DNA of 41,550 nucleotides from an uncultured bacterium (GTDB lineage Bacteria; Actinomycetota; Actinomycetes; Nanopelagicales; Nanopelagicaceae): NCBI GenBank assembly GCA_963923215.1, contig CAWULH010000001.1, positions 1 through 41,550 on the forward strand, read 5' to 3'. Each line of letters opens with the position of its first letter. Positions within the stretch are counted from its first letter, which is position 1. A program made the position numbers and the translations under genes. Shown here piece by piece: positions 1 to 11,110 of the stretch. Under the pieces are notes generated by a model, which worked only from the letters and a program-made list of their open reading frames with translations, searched no databases and had not been told where the DNA came from.

Positions 1-1
1 A

Positions 2-79
2 TCTATTGAAGATCTCCGAAAAGTCTCTGGCATGGGGGCAAGTAAATTCAACGCACTGCAGAACCAGATCAGAATCTAA
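2..79 (+). CDS. comEA: 3' end of ComEA-family helix-hairpin-helix DNA-uptake protein (partial)
   Basis: Frame 2 reads SIEDLRKVSGMGASKFNALQNQIRI* (HhH motif), TAA at 77-79, directly upstream of comEC. Confidence 0.8.
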   Translation, partial: SIEDLRKVSGMGASKFNALQNQIRI

Positions 80-2232
80 GAGTTCTCTATATTGGTGGTG
101 CTATCTGGCTAGGCACCTCCGTAATTGGATTAATTAGTTGGCCAATTAACTTTGCTTTACTTTCACTTCTTCTGCTTAGTGGTCGTAAGTTCCTTACGCC
201 AATTCTTCTAATTGCAATATTAGTTGGAGCTGGCGGGATAGGCGTTAGAGAATTTGCCCTACATCATAATTATTTAACTAAGAATTTCGGTTCAGTTGAG
301 ATTGTCGGAACAATCAAAAGCGAGCCATCAGCAAAGAATTCCTTCCTACTTTCTACCGAATCAATTAATCAGAAATCTGTACATCTGCCGGTACGAGTCG
401 TATCAAAGAAGCATTTGACCCTGTTGATTGGCGAAAAGGTGAAAATCACCGGGCACTCTGTAGCAAGTAAAGAGGTGAGGAGCGCCGCACTTGTATTTGC
501 AAAGGATGTGAGGATAATTTCAAAGGCAAAACCAATTTTCTCTGTGACTGAAAAAATTAGAGAGAGATTTAGAAAAGAATCAGAACGAATTCATGGTGAT
601 GCCGGTTCGCTTATTCCTGGATTAGTTCTTGGTGATACAAAACTTGAGAGTGAGCGCTTTGTATCGCAGATGCGCCGCGTAGGACTTACTCATTTAACTG
701 CTGTAAGCGGTGAAAATTTTGCAATTATCGCTGCCTTCTTATCGTGGTTCCTTCGTCGCGCTATCCCAAAATTAAAATTTCGACTTGTTGTTACGGGAAT
801 TGTTCTTACCCTCTTCATATTTTTAGTCAGACCTTCACCTTCGGTGGCACGGGCTGGAGTAATGACTGCGATTGCTTTAATCGCATCAGCAAAAGGATTG
901 AGGGTTAGAGCCATCGCATCTCTTGGCGCCGCAATTACACTCTTAATATTAATTGACCCGTTTCAGGCAATTGATCCTGGCTTTGCTCTCTCGGTAGGCG
1001 CAACAGCAGGAATTATTCTGATTGCTCCCAAATTACCTTTTCCAGAACCACTAGCAATTCCTATTGCAGCAACAATTATGTGTACGCCAGTAATTATTGC
1101 AATATCAGGAACATTATCGCTTGTTAGTATTCCGGCCAATCTCGCAGCATCACCATTAGTTGCACCAATAACAGTGCTTGGTTTTGTTGCAGCACTGATT
1201 CCAATAACTGCACCAATTCTCTTAACTTTAATTGGACCACTTGCAGCTGCCTTGGCATTTATTGCACATTTTGGCGCAGGTTTTCCAGTTCTGAAACTTC
1301 CTAAATCCTTTCTAGGAGCTTTTATTATTCTTGCTTTAATCCTTTTAATTCGTTTTAATTACAAATTTGCGGCGGTTGTCCTTATCCCTATTATCATTTT
1401 TTATTTTCTTATACATACTCAATTTCCTGGAAAAAATTGGGAAGTAGTCAATTGTGATGTCGGACAAGGTGACGGTCTTGTAATTAATCTTGGTAGAGGA
1501 GAAGGAATACTTATAGATGCTGGACCTGACGAGAAATTAATTGATAATTGCCTACGCAATCTAGGAATTAATTCAATCCCATTACTTGTCTTGACGCATT
1601 TTCATGCCGACCATGTTGGTGGCCTAAATGGTGCAATCAATAATCGAAAAATTGGACAGGTCTGGTTAACAAGTTATACCGCGCCGTTTATCGAACGTGA
1701 AATAACTTTAAAGGCCTTACGTGGCAAAAGAGAATTCTTTCCAATAGTAGGTAATCATGTTGAGTTCGCAAGCAATAAAGGAGAAGTGAAAATCCAAGTA
1801 CTTTGGCCAAGACAGAGTTTTGATTCTTACCAAGCGCTTCCAGGCGATGGATCAAGTATTAATAATTCGAGTATTGCACTCTTAATTTCCGTAAACAATT
1901 TAAAAATATTTGCAACTGGTGATATCGAACCTCCCGTCCAGGAGGAGATCTTCCGAAGTAATCGTTTAAGTGAAGTTGATATTCTCAAAGTTCCACATCA
2001 TGGTTCGGCATATCAATTTCCTCCTTTACTTGAGCAGGTTCATCCAAAAATCTCTCTGATAAGTGTTGGTGTCGGCAATAGATATGGGCATCCGGCATTG
2101 AAAACTATTTCACTTCTTCGCAATTTGGGCTCACGAGTTTTACGCACCGATCAGGATGGTGCAATTTCAGTTGACCCATCCCTTAGTATCAGAACTAAGA
2201 AATCAGATTGGTGGGATATTTCGTGGGGATAA
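46..2232 (+). CDS. comEC: ComEC/Rec2 DNA internalization competence protein
   Basis: Competence domain (GLTHLTAVSGEN, PSPSVARA, GFALSV) plus metallo-beta-lactamase domain (DVGQGD, THFHADH, KVPHHGS). Frame is open from 46; first canonical start is TTG 415, so the true start is uncertain. Confidence 0.9.
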   Translation: MQRTAEPDQNLRVLYIGGAIWLGTSVIGLISWPINFALLSLLLLSGRKFLTPILLIAILVGAGGIGVREFALHHNYLTKNFGSVEIVGTIKSEPSAKNSFLLSTESINQKSVHLPVRVVSKKHLTLLIGEKVKITGHSVASKEVRSAALVFAKDVRIISKAKPIFSVTEKIRERFRKESERIHGDAGSLIPGLVLGDTKLESERFVSQMRRVGLTHLTAVSGENFAIIAAFLSWFLRRAIPKLKFRLVVTGIVLTLFIFLVRPSPSVARAGVMTAIALIASAKGLRVRAIASLGAAITLLILIDPFQAIDPGFALSVGATAGIILIAPKLPFPEPLAIPIAATIMCTPVIIAISGTLSLVSIPANLAASPLVAPITVLGFVAALIPITAPILLTLIGPLAAALAFIAHFGAGFPVLKLPKSFLGAFIILALILLIRFNYKFAAVVLIPIIIFYFLIHTQFPGKNWEVVNCDVGQGDGLVINLGRGEGILIDAGPDEKLIDNCLRNLGINSIPLLVLTHFHADHVGGLNGAINNRKIGQVWLTSYTAPFIEREITLKALRGKREFFPIVGNHVEFASNKGEVKIQVLWPRQSFDSYQALPGDGSSINNSSIALLISVNNLKIFATGDIEPPVQEEIFRSNRLSEVDILKVPHHGSAYQFPPLLEQVHPKISLISVGVGNRYGHPALKTISLLRNLGSRVLRTDQDGAISVDPSLSIRTKKSDWWDISWG

Positions 2233-3158
2233 CGCTACTTCTTGGCGGTGAAGAACTACTAGCCGACCGCGCAATCTTTAAATCTATGGCCGAGAATAAA
2301 GATTCAGTAATAACCCAATTTGATGGAACAGATATAGAAATCGGTGCCATTACTGATGCACTTGCACCATCTCTCTTTGGTGAGAACCGAGTTGTAGTAA
2401 TTAAAGGGATTCAAGATTTATCAGCCGAGGTTAGTGACGAATTAGCCGAAGCACTAGAAATAAAAGATGAGAATTTAGATCTCGTACTCTGGCATAAAGG
2501 CGGAGTCAAAGGGAAAGCTCTTCTTGAAAAAATTAAGAAATTAAAGCCAAAAACTATTCCGTGTGAGGTAATTAAGAAAGAGAGCGAGAAGGCTGATTTC
2601 ATTCATAATGAATTTAAGCGATTTGGCCGAAAGGTAACTCCAGGCGGTGCACAGGCATTATTAAATTCATTGGGGAGTGATCTTCGTGAAATGAGTGGTG
2701 CCATTTCGCAACTTGCTACAGATGTACCAGGCAATCAGCCAATTGATGAAGATGATGTTGAGAAATTTCAGCAGGGGCGAATAGAAACTACTGGTTATGA
2801 TGTTGCAGATGCCGCACTAGATGGAAAGCGAGAAGCGGCATTAATTGCATTAAGACATGCTCTACAAACAGGAGTAGATCCAGTTCTAATCACCGCAGCA
2901 TTAGGTTCTTCGTTACGAGCACTTGGCAAGGTAAGTGGTGCAACTCGCGGCGTAAGTTCATTTGAATTGGCATCATCACTAGCAATGGCGCCTTGGCAAA
3001 TTGATAAAGCACGTAAGCAACTTAATCACTGGACGCCATCCACTCTTGCTGGCGCAGTAATTGCGGTGGCACAGGCCGATGCCGATATAAAAGGTGCTGC
3101 AGCGGACCCAATCCACTCTTTAGAGCGGGCAATCATCTCTATTACCGCAAGAAAATAG
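2223..3158 (+). CDS. holA: DNA polymerase III subunit delta
   Basis: PSLFGE, HKGGVKGK and PWQIDKAR motifs; comEC-holA-rpsT synteny. Start GTG 2223 (alternative 2208). Confidence 0.9.
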   Translation: MGITLLLGGEELLADRAIFKSMAENKDSVITQFDGTDIEIGAITDALAPSLFGENRVVVIKGIQDLSAEVSDELAEALEIKDENLDLVLWHKGGVKGKALLEKIKKLKPKTIPCEVIKKESEKADFIHNEFKRFGRKVTPGGAQALLNSLGSDLREMSGAISQLATDVPGNQPIDEDDVEKFQQGRIETTGYDVADAALDGKREAALIALRHALQTGVDPVLITAALGSSLRALGKVSGATRGVSSFELASSLAMAPWQIDKARKQLNHWTPSTLAGAVIAVAQADADIKGAAADPIHSLERAIISITARK

Positions 3159-3160
3159 CT

Positions 3161-3194
3161 CGATTTTGAGGGGCTTCGGCCACGCTGGTAATCT
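3161..3194 (+). promoter_or_regulatory. Putative housekeeping-sigma promoter of rpsT
   Basis: TTGAGG(3166-3171)-17 nt-TAATCT(3189-3194), preceded by CGATT. Confidence 0.5.
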
Positions 3195-3241
3195 CTGACA
3201 CTTAACGGCAGTTATTTGATTTTAGAAAAAGGAATTCATAA

Positions 3242-3523
3242 GTGGCAAACATTAAGTCTCAGATTAAGCGCATCCGCACTAATGAGAAGGCTGAACTACG
3301 TAATAAGTCAGCTCGCTCAGCAATAAAAACTGCGGTTCGTCGCTTCCGTGACGCTGTTGCTGCTGGAGATTCAAAGGCAATTAATACTGAATTGATTGCT
3401 GCAAATAAGAAACTAGATGAGGCAGTATCAAGTGGCGTGCTACATCGCAACAATGCTGCAAATAAGAAGTCTGCATTGGCGAAGGCTGCCAACAAAGCGG
3501 CTAAATCATCTTCGGCGAAGTAA
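3242..3523 (+). CDS. rpsT: 30S ribosomal protein S20
   Basis: [10 protein letters not shown]...[10 protein letters not shown]. Confidence 0.97.
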   Translation: MANIKSQIKRIRTNEKAELRNKSARSAIKTAVRRFRDAVAAGDSKAINTELIAANKKLDEAVSSGVLHRNNAANKKSALAKAANKAAKSSSAK

Positions 3524-3554
3524 AAACTTACTTAATTTAAGGCTGGTGCGATAA

Positions 3555-5417
3555 GTGCCTGCAATTAACTTAGCAAAGGCACCACAGCCTGCAGCTACAA
3601 ATCCAAAACAGATTCGTAATTTCTGCATCATTGCCCATATTGACCATGGCAAATCAACACTTGCCGACAGAATGCTTCAAATAACTGAAGTGGTTGAGCA
3701 ACGGAATATGCGAGCCCAATATCTAGATCGAATGGATATTGAGAGAGAACGCGGCATCACAATTAAATCCCAAGCAGTTCGCCTACCTTGGAAATCTGGA
3801 ATTGATAATAAGGATTACATCCTTAATATGATCGATACCCCAGGTCACGTTGATTTTACTTATGAAGTTTCACGTTCACTTGCGGCATGTGAAGGCGCGA
3901 TTCTCTTAGTTGATTGTGCTCAAGGAATTGAAGCGCAGACACTGGCAAATCTTTATTTAGCAATGGAAAATAATTTAACAATTATTCCAGTCTTAAATAA
4001 AATCGATTTACCTGCAGCACAGCCAGATAAGTTTGCAGCGGAACTAGCCAAATTAATTGGCTGTAAGCCAGAAGATTGTCTCCGTGTCTCAGGAAAGACT
4101 GGCGATGGCGTTGAAGAATTATTGGATCAAATTGTTGCTCAGATACCTCCTCCTGTTGGTGATCCAGATGCACCTGCCCGTGCCTTAATTTTTGATTCTG
4201 TTTATGACACATATCGTGGCGTCGTAACTTATGTTCGAGTTGTTGATGGACATTTAAGCACAAGAGATCAGATTCAGATGATTTCAACTGGAGCAAGGCA
4301 TGAAATGTTAGAAGTGGGTGTTATTTCACCAGAACCAGTTGCGTCAAACGGTTTAGGTGTAGGAGAGGTTGGATATTTAATAACTGGCGTTAAAGATGTA
4401 AGGCAATCCCGAGTTGGTGATACGGTTACAAATTACAACCGCCCAGCAAAAGAACCTCTTTCTGGTTATAAAGATCCAAAACCTATGGTTTTTTCCGGTC
4501 TCTATCCAATTGATGGTGCCGATTACCCATTACTCCGTGAAGCATTAGATAAATTGCAATTAAATGATGCTGCTCTTGTTTATGAACCAGAAACTTCTGC
4601 CGCTCTCGGTTTTGGATTCCGTTGCGGCTTCCTTGGACTACTTCATATGGAAATTGTTCGAGAGCGACTCGAGCGTGAAGCAGGCCTATCCTTAATTTCA
4701 ACAGCGCCCAACGTGGTTTATCGAGTGAAGCAAGATGATGGTAAAGAAATAGTCGTGACAAATCCTTCGGAGTATCCGGAGGCAAAGATTGATGAAGTTT
4801 ATGAACCGATCGTTCGTGCAACAATACTTTCACCAACAGAATTTATTGGTTCAATCATGGAACTCTGTCAGGATCGTCGTGGTGTATTACTCGGTATGGA
4901 TTATTTATCTGAAGATCGAGTAGAAATTCGCTACACGCTGCCACTAGGTGAAATCGTCTTTGATTTCTTCGATAATTTAAAATCACGCACACGTGGCTAC
5001 GCGTCACTAGATTATGAGACAACAGGAGAGGCGCCTGCAGATTTAGTGAAAGTGGATATTCTGTTACAAGGCGAGACTGTCGATGCTTTCTCTGCAATTG
5101 TTCATAAAGATAAGGCTTACGCATATGGCGTAATGATGACTGGAAAATTACGGGAGTTAATTCCAAGGCAACAATTTGAAGTTCCAATTCAAGCCGCCAT
5201 TGGTTCGCGAATTATTGCCCGCGAAAATATTAGAGCGATCCGTAAAGACGTTCTAGCAAAATGCTACGGTGGCGATATCACTCGTAAACGAAAACTCCTT
5301 GAAAAGCAGAAAGAAGGAAAGAAGCGGATGAAGATGGTTGGAAAGGTAGAAGTTCCACAGGAAGCCTTTATTGCCGCACTTTCAACAAACGCTGATCCTG
5401 AAAAGAGTAAGAAGTAA
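3555..5417 (+). CDS. lepA: Translation elongation factor 4 (LepA)
   Basis: [35 protein letters not shown]. Confidence 0.98.
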   Translation: MPAINLAKAPQPAATNPKQIRNFCIIAHIDHGKSTLADRMLQITEVVEQRNMRAQYLDRMDIERERGITIKSQAVRLPWKSGIDNKDYILNMIDTPGHVDFTYEVSRSLAACEGAILLVDCAQGIEAQTLANLYLAMENNLTIIPVLNKIDLPAAQPDKFAAELAKLIGCKPEDCLRVSGKTGDGVEELLDQIVAQIPPPVGDPDAPARALIFDSVYDTYRGVVTYVRVVDGHLSTRDQIQMISTGARHEMLEVGVISPEPVASNGLGVGEVGYLITGVKDVRQSRVGDTVTNYNRPAKEPLSGYKDPKPMVFSGLYPIDGADYPLLREALDKLQLNDAALVYEPETSAALGFGFRCGFLGLLHMEIVRERLEREAGLSLISTAPNVVYRVKQDDGKEIVVTNPSEYPEAKIDEVYEPIVRATILSPTEFIGSIMELCQDRRGVLLGMDYLSEDRVEIRYTLPLGEIVFDFFDNLKSRTRGYASLDYETTGEAPADLVKVDILLQGETVDAFSAIVHKDKAYAYGVMMTGKLRELIPRQQFEVPIQAAIGSRIIARENIRAIRKDVLAKCYGGDITRKRKLLEKQKEGKKRMKMVGKVEVPQEAFIAALSTNADPEKSKK

Positions 5418-6557
5418 GTGGCAACTTCGCCACTATCTTTTTATATTCATGTTCCATACTGCGTAAAGCGGTGTGGTTACTGTGATTTCAATACCTACAC
5501 TCCATCTGAATTAAATGGAGATTTGAAATCTGTCTCCTTTGGTTATGTCGACCAATTGATTAAAGAGAGTGAAATTGCTAAATCCCGTATCAACAATGAA
5601 ATCTCAACTATTTTTATTGGTGGTGGAACACCCACCCTTCTAGAACCGACCGACTTGGAAAGACTTCTTAACCACTTAAAGAATAATTTTGGTTTTAAAA
5701 ACGACATTGAAATTACGATTGAGGCTAACCCGGATTCAGTAACCCCAGAAAAATTGGGAGAGTTGCGGAGTATTGGTATCAATAGAATTTCATTTGGAAT
5801 GCAGAGTTCAGTCACTCACGTACTTAAAGTCTTAGATAGGACACACAATCCTGAGAACGTATCCAAGGCAGTAACTGGAGCTAAATCAGCAGGATTTGAA
5901 GAAATTAACTTAGATCTAATTTACGGAACTCCAGGTGAGAGTATTGAAGACTGGAGAGCGAGTATTAAAAGTGCCTTAGAACTTCCGATTACTCACATCT
6001 CTGCATATGCCCTGATTCTTGAAGAGGGGACCAAACTTGCTAATCAAGTAAAGCGGAGAGAATTTGAAGTACCAGATGATGGTGAAACCGCAGAAAAATA
6101 TCTTATTGCGGATAAGGAATTTACTAGCGCAGGTCTACATTGGTATGAGTTAAGTAATTGGTCAAAACCAGGATCTGAATGCAGACACAATATTGCCTAT
6201 TGGAAAGGTCATAACTGGTGGGGCCTTGGACCTGGTTCACATTCACATATAGATGGTGAGCGGTTCTGGAATATTAAACATCCAAATTCTTACCGAACTG
6301 CTCTGACTTCGGGAAATCCAGTTGCTGGTAGTGAGATGTTAAGTATTGAGGAGATGGAGAGTGAGCGAGTTATGCTTGAAATTCGAATGCCCAGCGGCAT
6401 CCAAAAGGCTTCGCTAAAATCCGCCCAATTGAAAAACGCCGAGCAATATTTAGAAGGAGGAGAGCTAGATATTGAAGCCTGGCAGTCTGGTCGCTTGGCA
6501 CTAACGGTACAAGGCCGATTAGTTGCAGATCGAATTGTCAGATCAATTCTCTTTTAA
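5418..6557 (+). CDS. hemW: Radical SAM heme chaperone HemW (HemN-like)
   Basis: [16 protein letters not shown] (CxxxCxxC), GGGTP, YELSNW. Confidence 0.93.
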   Translation: MATSPLSFYIHVPYCVKRCGYCDFNTYTPSELNGDLKSVSFGYVDQLIKESEIAKSRINNEISTIFIGGGTPTLLEPTDLERLLNHLKNNFGFKNDIEITIEANPDSVTPEKLGELRSIGINRISFGMQSSVTHVLKVLDRTHNPENVSKAVTGAKSAGFEEINLDLIYGTPGESIEDWRASIKSALELPITHISAYALILEEGTKLANQVKRREFEVPDDGETAEKYLIADKEFTSAGLHWYELSNWSKPGSECRHNIAYWKGHNWWGLGPGSHSHIDGERFWNIKHPNSYRTALTSGNPVAGSEMLSIEEMESERVMLEIRMPSGIQKASLKSAQLKNAEQYLEGGELDIEAWQSGRLALTVQGRLVADRIVRSILF

Positions 6558-6559
6558 CT

Positions 6560-7693
6560 ATGGCTAATAATTTAGATCACTATGCCGTACTTGGCGTCGA
6601 TCGGGATGCTTCTTTTGATGAGATAAAAAAAGTTTATCGAAAGCTTGCGCGCGAATATCATCCTGACGTCAATTCAGATCCATCTGCAGGGGAAAAATTC
6701 AAAGAGATTACAACAGCATATGAAGTATTAAGCGATCCTGATAAGCGTCAACGTTATGACTTAGGTGGCGATCCATTTTCTAATAGCGGATTTGGTGGCG
6801 GTGGATTTGGTTTCGGTGACATCATGGATGCATTCTTTGGTGGCGGAACTTCTCAACGAGGTCCTAGAACCAGAATGCGTGCCGGGCAAGATGCATTAAT
6901 AAGAGTTGAACTTGATTTGGCAGAGGCCTGCTTTGGCTGTTCTCGTGAATTGAGTGTTGAAACCGCAGTGCTCTGTGAAAAATGTACTGGTTCAGGTTCA
7001 GCAAATGGATCAAAGCCAAAAATTTGCGATATTTGTAAAGGACGTGGGGAAGTTTCCCATGTAACACGTTCAATTATTGGACAGGTAATGACAAGTCGTC
7101 CTTGTAATTCTTGCCAAGGTTATGGAACTGTAATTACAAATCCTTGCCCAGAGTGTGCAGGTGAGGGAAGAGTTAGAAGCAAGAAGAAAATTAATGTTGA
7201 AATTCCGGCCGGAGTAGAAACTGGAAATCGTATTCAAATGTCCGGAGCCGGCGAAGTTGGTCCAGGTGGTGGTCCTGCTGGAGATTTATATGTTGAAATT
7301 ATTGAAAGACCACATGAATTTTTGATTCGCGACGGAAACAATCTACATATGTCAATTGAAGTTCCAATGACTTCAGCAGCACTCGGCGCAGACGTTTCTG
7401 TTGAAACTCTAGATGGCATGAAGGAAGTACATATAAAGTCTGGAACCATGAGTGGTGCAAATGTCACCTTGAAAGATCTTGGGATAACCAAATTACGAGG
7501 TCATGGCCGCGGAGATTTAATTGTTCATATTGAAGTCACAACTCCAAATAAATTAAATGGAGAACAGGAAGAGCTCATTAAGAAATTAGCTAAATCTCGT
7601 GGCGAGAAATTAGAGCAAGTAATAATTCACAAGAATAATGAGAAATCTGGTAAAGGTTTTTTTGAGCGCATGCGGGATGCATTTAATAGCTAA
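6560..7693 (+). CDS. dnaJ: Chaperone DnaJ
   Basis: J domain with HPD, G/F-rich linker, four CxxCxGxG zinc-finger repeats. Confidence 0.97.
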   Translation: MANNLDHYAVLGVDRDASFDEIKKVYRKLAREYHPDVNSDPSAGEKFKEITTAYEVLSDPDKRQRYDLGGDPFSNSGFGGGGFGFGDIMDAFFGGGTSQRGPRTRMRAGQDALIRVELDLAEACFGCSRELSVETAVLCEKCTGSGSANGSKPKICDICKGRGEVSHVTRSIIGQVMTSRPCNSCQGYGTVITNPCPECAGEGRVRSKKKINVEIPAGVETGNRIQMSGAGEVGPGGGPAGDLYVEIIERPHEFLIRDGNNLHMSIEVPMTSAALGADVSVETLDGMKEVHIKSGTMSGANVTLKDLGITKLRGHGRGDLIVHIEVTTPNKLNGEQEELIKKLAKSRGEKLEQVIIHKNNEKSGKGFFERMRDAFNS

Positions 7694-8415
7694 TGCCACA
7701 TTTATTTTTTATCCCAGAGATTCCAAATGCCAATCGTTTGGTAGTTGAAGATAGTGAAGCGCACCACGCGATTTCAGTTTTAAGGATTGAGAAGGATGAG
7801 GAAGTTCAGGTTTCGGATGGTTTGGGTAACTGGGTTCTAGGTGTAGTTGGCGATATAACTCGGAAAAAATTTGAAGTAATAATTAAAGAACGTAACAAGC
7901 AGAATTATCAGAGTCCAAAATTGACTGTACTTCAAGGAATTCCAAAATCAGATCGCCTTAAGGAAGCTATCGAGTTGATGGTCGAAGCTGGCGCTGATGA
8001 AATTATCCCTTGGTCTGCATCTCGTTCAATTTCGAAATGGCAGAAAGATTCACGTGAAAAATGGGAGAGTGCTGCATTCGCTTCAGCAAAGCAGGCAAAG
8101 CGATTTATTATTCCTAAAATTGGTGATGAAGTTGATATTCGAGAATTTCTTGATAAGAAAGCAGGATCATTTGCGGTAATAGTTTTACATGAAAGCGGCG
8201 GAGTCAAACTTTCAAAAATAATTTCAGAGAAGATGGCAGATTTAGACGAAATTGTTCTTGTAATTGGACCCGAAGGCGGTATTACAGAAAATGAGCTCTC
8301 ACTTTTTGAGAAATCCGGTGCGAGAGTTGCTCAAATGGGTGAAGCGATTTTCCGAAGTGCGCATGCTGGTGGATTCTCGCTTGCTGCGATATCCACATTG
8401 CTAGGACGATGGTAG
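7693..8415 (+). CDS. rsmE: 16S rRNA m3U1498 methyltransferase
   Basis: HHAISVLR, IGPEGG; position after dnaJ. Confidence 0.93.
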   Translation: MPHLFFIPEIPNANRLVVEDSEAHHAISVLRIEKDEEVQVSDGLGNWVLGVVGDITRKKFEVIIKERNKQNYQSPKLTVLQGIPKSDRLKEAIELMVEAGADEIIPWSASRSISKWQKDSREKWESAAFASAKQAKRFIIPKIGDEVDIREFLDKKAGSFAVIVLHESGGVKLSKIISEKMADLDEIVLVIGPEGGITENELSLFEKSGARVAQMGEAIFRSAHAGGFSLAAISTLLGRW

Positions 8416-8417
8416 AT

Positions 8418-8771
8418 ATGACTAATCAGGAAAATTCGGACTGTCTTTTCTGTAAATTTGCCAGAAAAGAAATCCCGGTTGAATTTCTTTATGAATCCGA
8501 TAATGTATTTGCGATTAATGATATTAATCCGCAAGCACCTACTCATGTATTGATAATTCCAAAAAATCACTTTGCCAATGGTCCGGAGTTGGCAGAGGCT
8601 GAGAGTTCAACGATTGCAGAGATTTTTAAAGTAGCGAAAGAAATCTCCGCTAGTAAAGGTTTAGCGAGCTTCCGAACTGTCTTCAACACCGGTGCGGACG
8701 CTGGCCAAACCGTATTTCACGCACATTTACATCTACTTGGCGGCCGTAAGTTCGCCTGGCCACCTGGTTAA
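8418..8771 (+). CDS. Histidine triad (HIT) nucleotide-binding protein
   Basis: DCLFC, PQAPTHVLIIP, GQTVFHAHLH. Confidence 0.93.
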   Translation: MTNQENSDCLFCKFARKEIPVEFLYESDNVFAINDINPQAPTHVLIIPKNHFANGPELAEAESSTIAEIFKVAKEISASKGLASFRTVFNTGADAGQTVFHAHLHLLGGRKFAWPPG

Positions 8772-8787
8772 AGTTAGTATTTAGTTA

Positions 8788-9780
8788 ATGGATCGAATCA
8801 ATATAGCAATCCCGTCTGCAATCCCTATGGTCTCACTTGTTGGGCCTAATGATTCTTACATAAAAATTTTGGAAGGCGCTTTCCCAAATATTGCAATTAC
8901 TGTGCGTGGTAACGAGATCCATGCAACGGGCCTCGCAACTGAAGTAAAGAGATTTGAAGAGGTCTTAAAGGAATTCTTAGTTCTACTTCGTGGCGGACAA
9001 GTATTAAACGAAGATACCGTTTTACGGGCACTTGCGATGTTTAATAATGATCCGCAATATCACCCAGCCGAAGTTTTATCGTTAAATATTCTCTCTAACC
9101 GCGGAAAAACTATTCGACCTAAGACGGCAAATCAGAAGCGTTATGTCGAAGCAATTGATCAGAACACAATTACTTTTGGAATTGGCCCAGCTGGTACTGG
9201 AAAGACTTACTTAGCAATGGCTAAGGCTGTGCAGGCGCTTCAGGCAAAACAGATAAATCGAATTATTCTGACGCGGCCTGCAGTTGAGGCAGGAGAGCGA
9301 CTCGGTTTTCTCCCAGGTACTTTGCAAGAGAAGATTGATCCCTATCTTCGTCCCTTATTTGATGCCTTACACGACATGATTGATCAGGATTCAATTCCAC
9401 GTTTAATAACAAATGGAATCATCGAGATTGCGCCACTTGCTTATATGCGTGGCCGAACATTAAATGATGCTTTTATTATTCTTGATGAAGCTCAGAATAC
9501 TTCGGCGGAACAGATGAAAATGTTCTTAACCCGCCTAGGTTTTAATTCAAAGATGGTTATTACAGGTGACGCAACGCAGATTGATTTACCAAATGGTGCC
9601 CAATCTGGAATAAAAGTTGTTCATGAGATATTGGATGGAGTTGATGACATCACCTTTATAAATTTAGAGGCCGAAGATGTTGTACGTAATCGATTGGTCG
9701 GCGATATAGTCACTGCTTATGAGAAATTTGAAGATAAAAAGAGTAAACCTCATCCAATTAGATCGCGTGGTGACCGCTAG
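8788..9780 (+). CDS. phoH: PhoH family ATPase
   Basis: GPAGTGKT, RPAVEAGERLGFLPG, AYMRGRTL, DEAQN. Confidence 0.95.
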   Translation: MDRINIAIPSAIPMVSLVGPNDSYIKILEGAFPNIAITVRGNEIHATGLATEVKRFEEVLKEFLVLLRGGQVLNEDTVLRALAMFNNDPQYHPAEVLSLNILSNRGKTIRPKTANQKRYVEAIDQNTITFGIGPAGTGKTYLAMAKAVQALQAKQINRIILTRPAVEAGERLGFLPGTLQEKIDPYLRPLFDALHDMIDQDSIPRLITNGIIEIAPLAYMRGRTLNDAFIILDEAQNTSAEQMKMFLTRLGFNSKMVITGDATQIDLPNGAQSGIKVVHEILDGVDDITFINLEAEDVVRNRLVGDIVTAYEKFEDKKSKPHPIRSRGDR

Positions 9781-9795
9781 CCAAAGGCTAGGCAA

Positions 9796-10230
9796 ATGGG
9801 TATAGAACTCACCAACAATTCCGCTGCACAAGCTGATGAGAATCAGATCTCTAGCGTCGCTAAATTCGCATTGGCGAAAATGGGAATACATCCAGATTCA
9901 GATTTAAGTATCACACTTGTTGATGAAGCTGAGATGGAGAAATTACATATTGAATGGATGGATCTGCCAGGTCCTACTGACGTCCTTTCTTTTCCAATGG
10001 ATGAATTAAAACCTTTCTCTGCAGCAGATGGTCCAGGAATTATTGGCGATATTGTCTTATGTCCAGAGTTTGCAGCTAAACAGGCAAAGTCAACCGTAGC
10101 GGCAGAATTGGCACTATTAACTATTCACGGCATTCTCCATCTCCTAGGTTTTGACCACGCTGAAAAAAATGAAGAGAAAGAGATGTTTGATTTACAAGAA
10201 AAAATTCTGAAAGAATGGATGAACTCATGA
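9796..10230 (+). CDS. ybeY: rRNA maturation endoribonuclease YbeY
   Basis: PTDVLSFP, HGILHLLGFDH. Confidence 0.95.
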   Translation: MGIELTNNSAAQADENQISSVAKFALAKMGIHPDSDLSITLVDEAEMEKLHIEWMDLPGPTDVLSFPMDELKPFSAADGPGIIGDIVLCPEFAAKQAKSTVAAELALLTIHGILHLLGFDHAEKNEEKEMFDLQEKILKEWMNS

Positions 10231-11087
10231 TTCAGAAATTCTTGAAGAACATTCTCCTTCAAATTAAAGCAGGCAGGGTATCTAATGAAGAGGAATTAAG
10301 AGAAGTTGTAGACCAGGCCTCTGCTCGTGGATTTGTCGAAGAATCTGAACGGGAAATGATCCAATCTGTTTTTGATTTGGATGAAACTCTAGTTCGCGAG
10401 TTGATGGTTCCCCGTACAGAGATGGTTTGGATTGAGGGAAATAAGAACCTTCGCCAAGGACTCTCGCTGGCACTTCGCTCTGGATATACCCGTATTCCTG
10501 TAATTAAGGATAATTTGGATAACGTAATTGGCATTGCCTATGTAAAAGATTTAGCAAAACGGGTCCTAGAAGATCATGCACGTGAGCAGAGTGAATTGGT
10601 AGAAGATAATTTACGTAAGGCAACATTCGTGCCAGAAAATAAGACCGCCTCTGAACTTTTAAAAGAGATGCAGCGTAATCAAATCCATATGGCGATAGTT
10701 GTAGACGAATATGGTGGAACGGCTGGGCTAATTACAATTGAGGACATTATTGAGGAAATTGTTGGAGAGATTGCTGATGAGTATGATGACGATGAGGCTC
10801 CAATCGAATGGTTGAGTGACTCAACTGCAAGAGTTGCAGCAAAATTAAATATCGAAGATTTCGCAAAAGAATTGAAGATTGAAATTACTGAAGAAGAAAT
10901 TGAAGATGTTGATAGCGTTGGCGGTTTAATTGCAAAAGCCCTTGGAAAAGTTCCAATTCCAGGATCAACCATCACAATAGCCGGTGTTAAGTTAACAGCG
11001 GAACGACCAGTAGGAAGGCGTCACAGAATCGCAACTTTCTTAGTTGAGAGAATGCCCGAGGCGGGCGAAGAGGTCGCACTTCAGTAA
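10227..11087 (+). CDS. CBS-pair + CorC/HlyC domain protein (hemolysin/CorC family, no transmembrane domain)
   Basis: VRELMVPRTEM, GYTRIPV, VVDEYGGTAGLITIEDIIEEIVGEI; ATGA overlap with ybeY. Confidence 0.85.
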   Translation: MIQKFLKNILLQIKAGRVSNEEELREVVDQASARGFVEESEREMIQSVFDLDETLVRELMVPRTEMVWIEGNKNLRQGLSLALRSGYTRIPVIKDNLDNVIGIAYVKDLAKRVLEDHAREQSELVEDNLRKATFVPENKTASELLKEMQRNQIHMAIVVDEYGGTAGLITIEDIIEEIVGEIADEYDDDEAPIEWLSDSTARVAAKLNIEDFAKELKIEITEEEIEDVDSVGGLIAKALGKVPIPGSTITIAGVKLTAERPVGRRHRIATFLVERMPEAGEEVALQ

Positions 11088-11110
11088 TTTATAGCAGGTA
11101 GAATTTGCAA

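Noticed and set aside
6494-6520. TTGGCACTA resembling a CIRCE left arm upstream of dnaJ
   Set aside because: The right arm (GAGTGC) is absent and the sequence is explained by hemW coding
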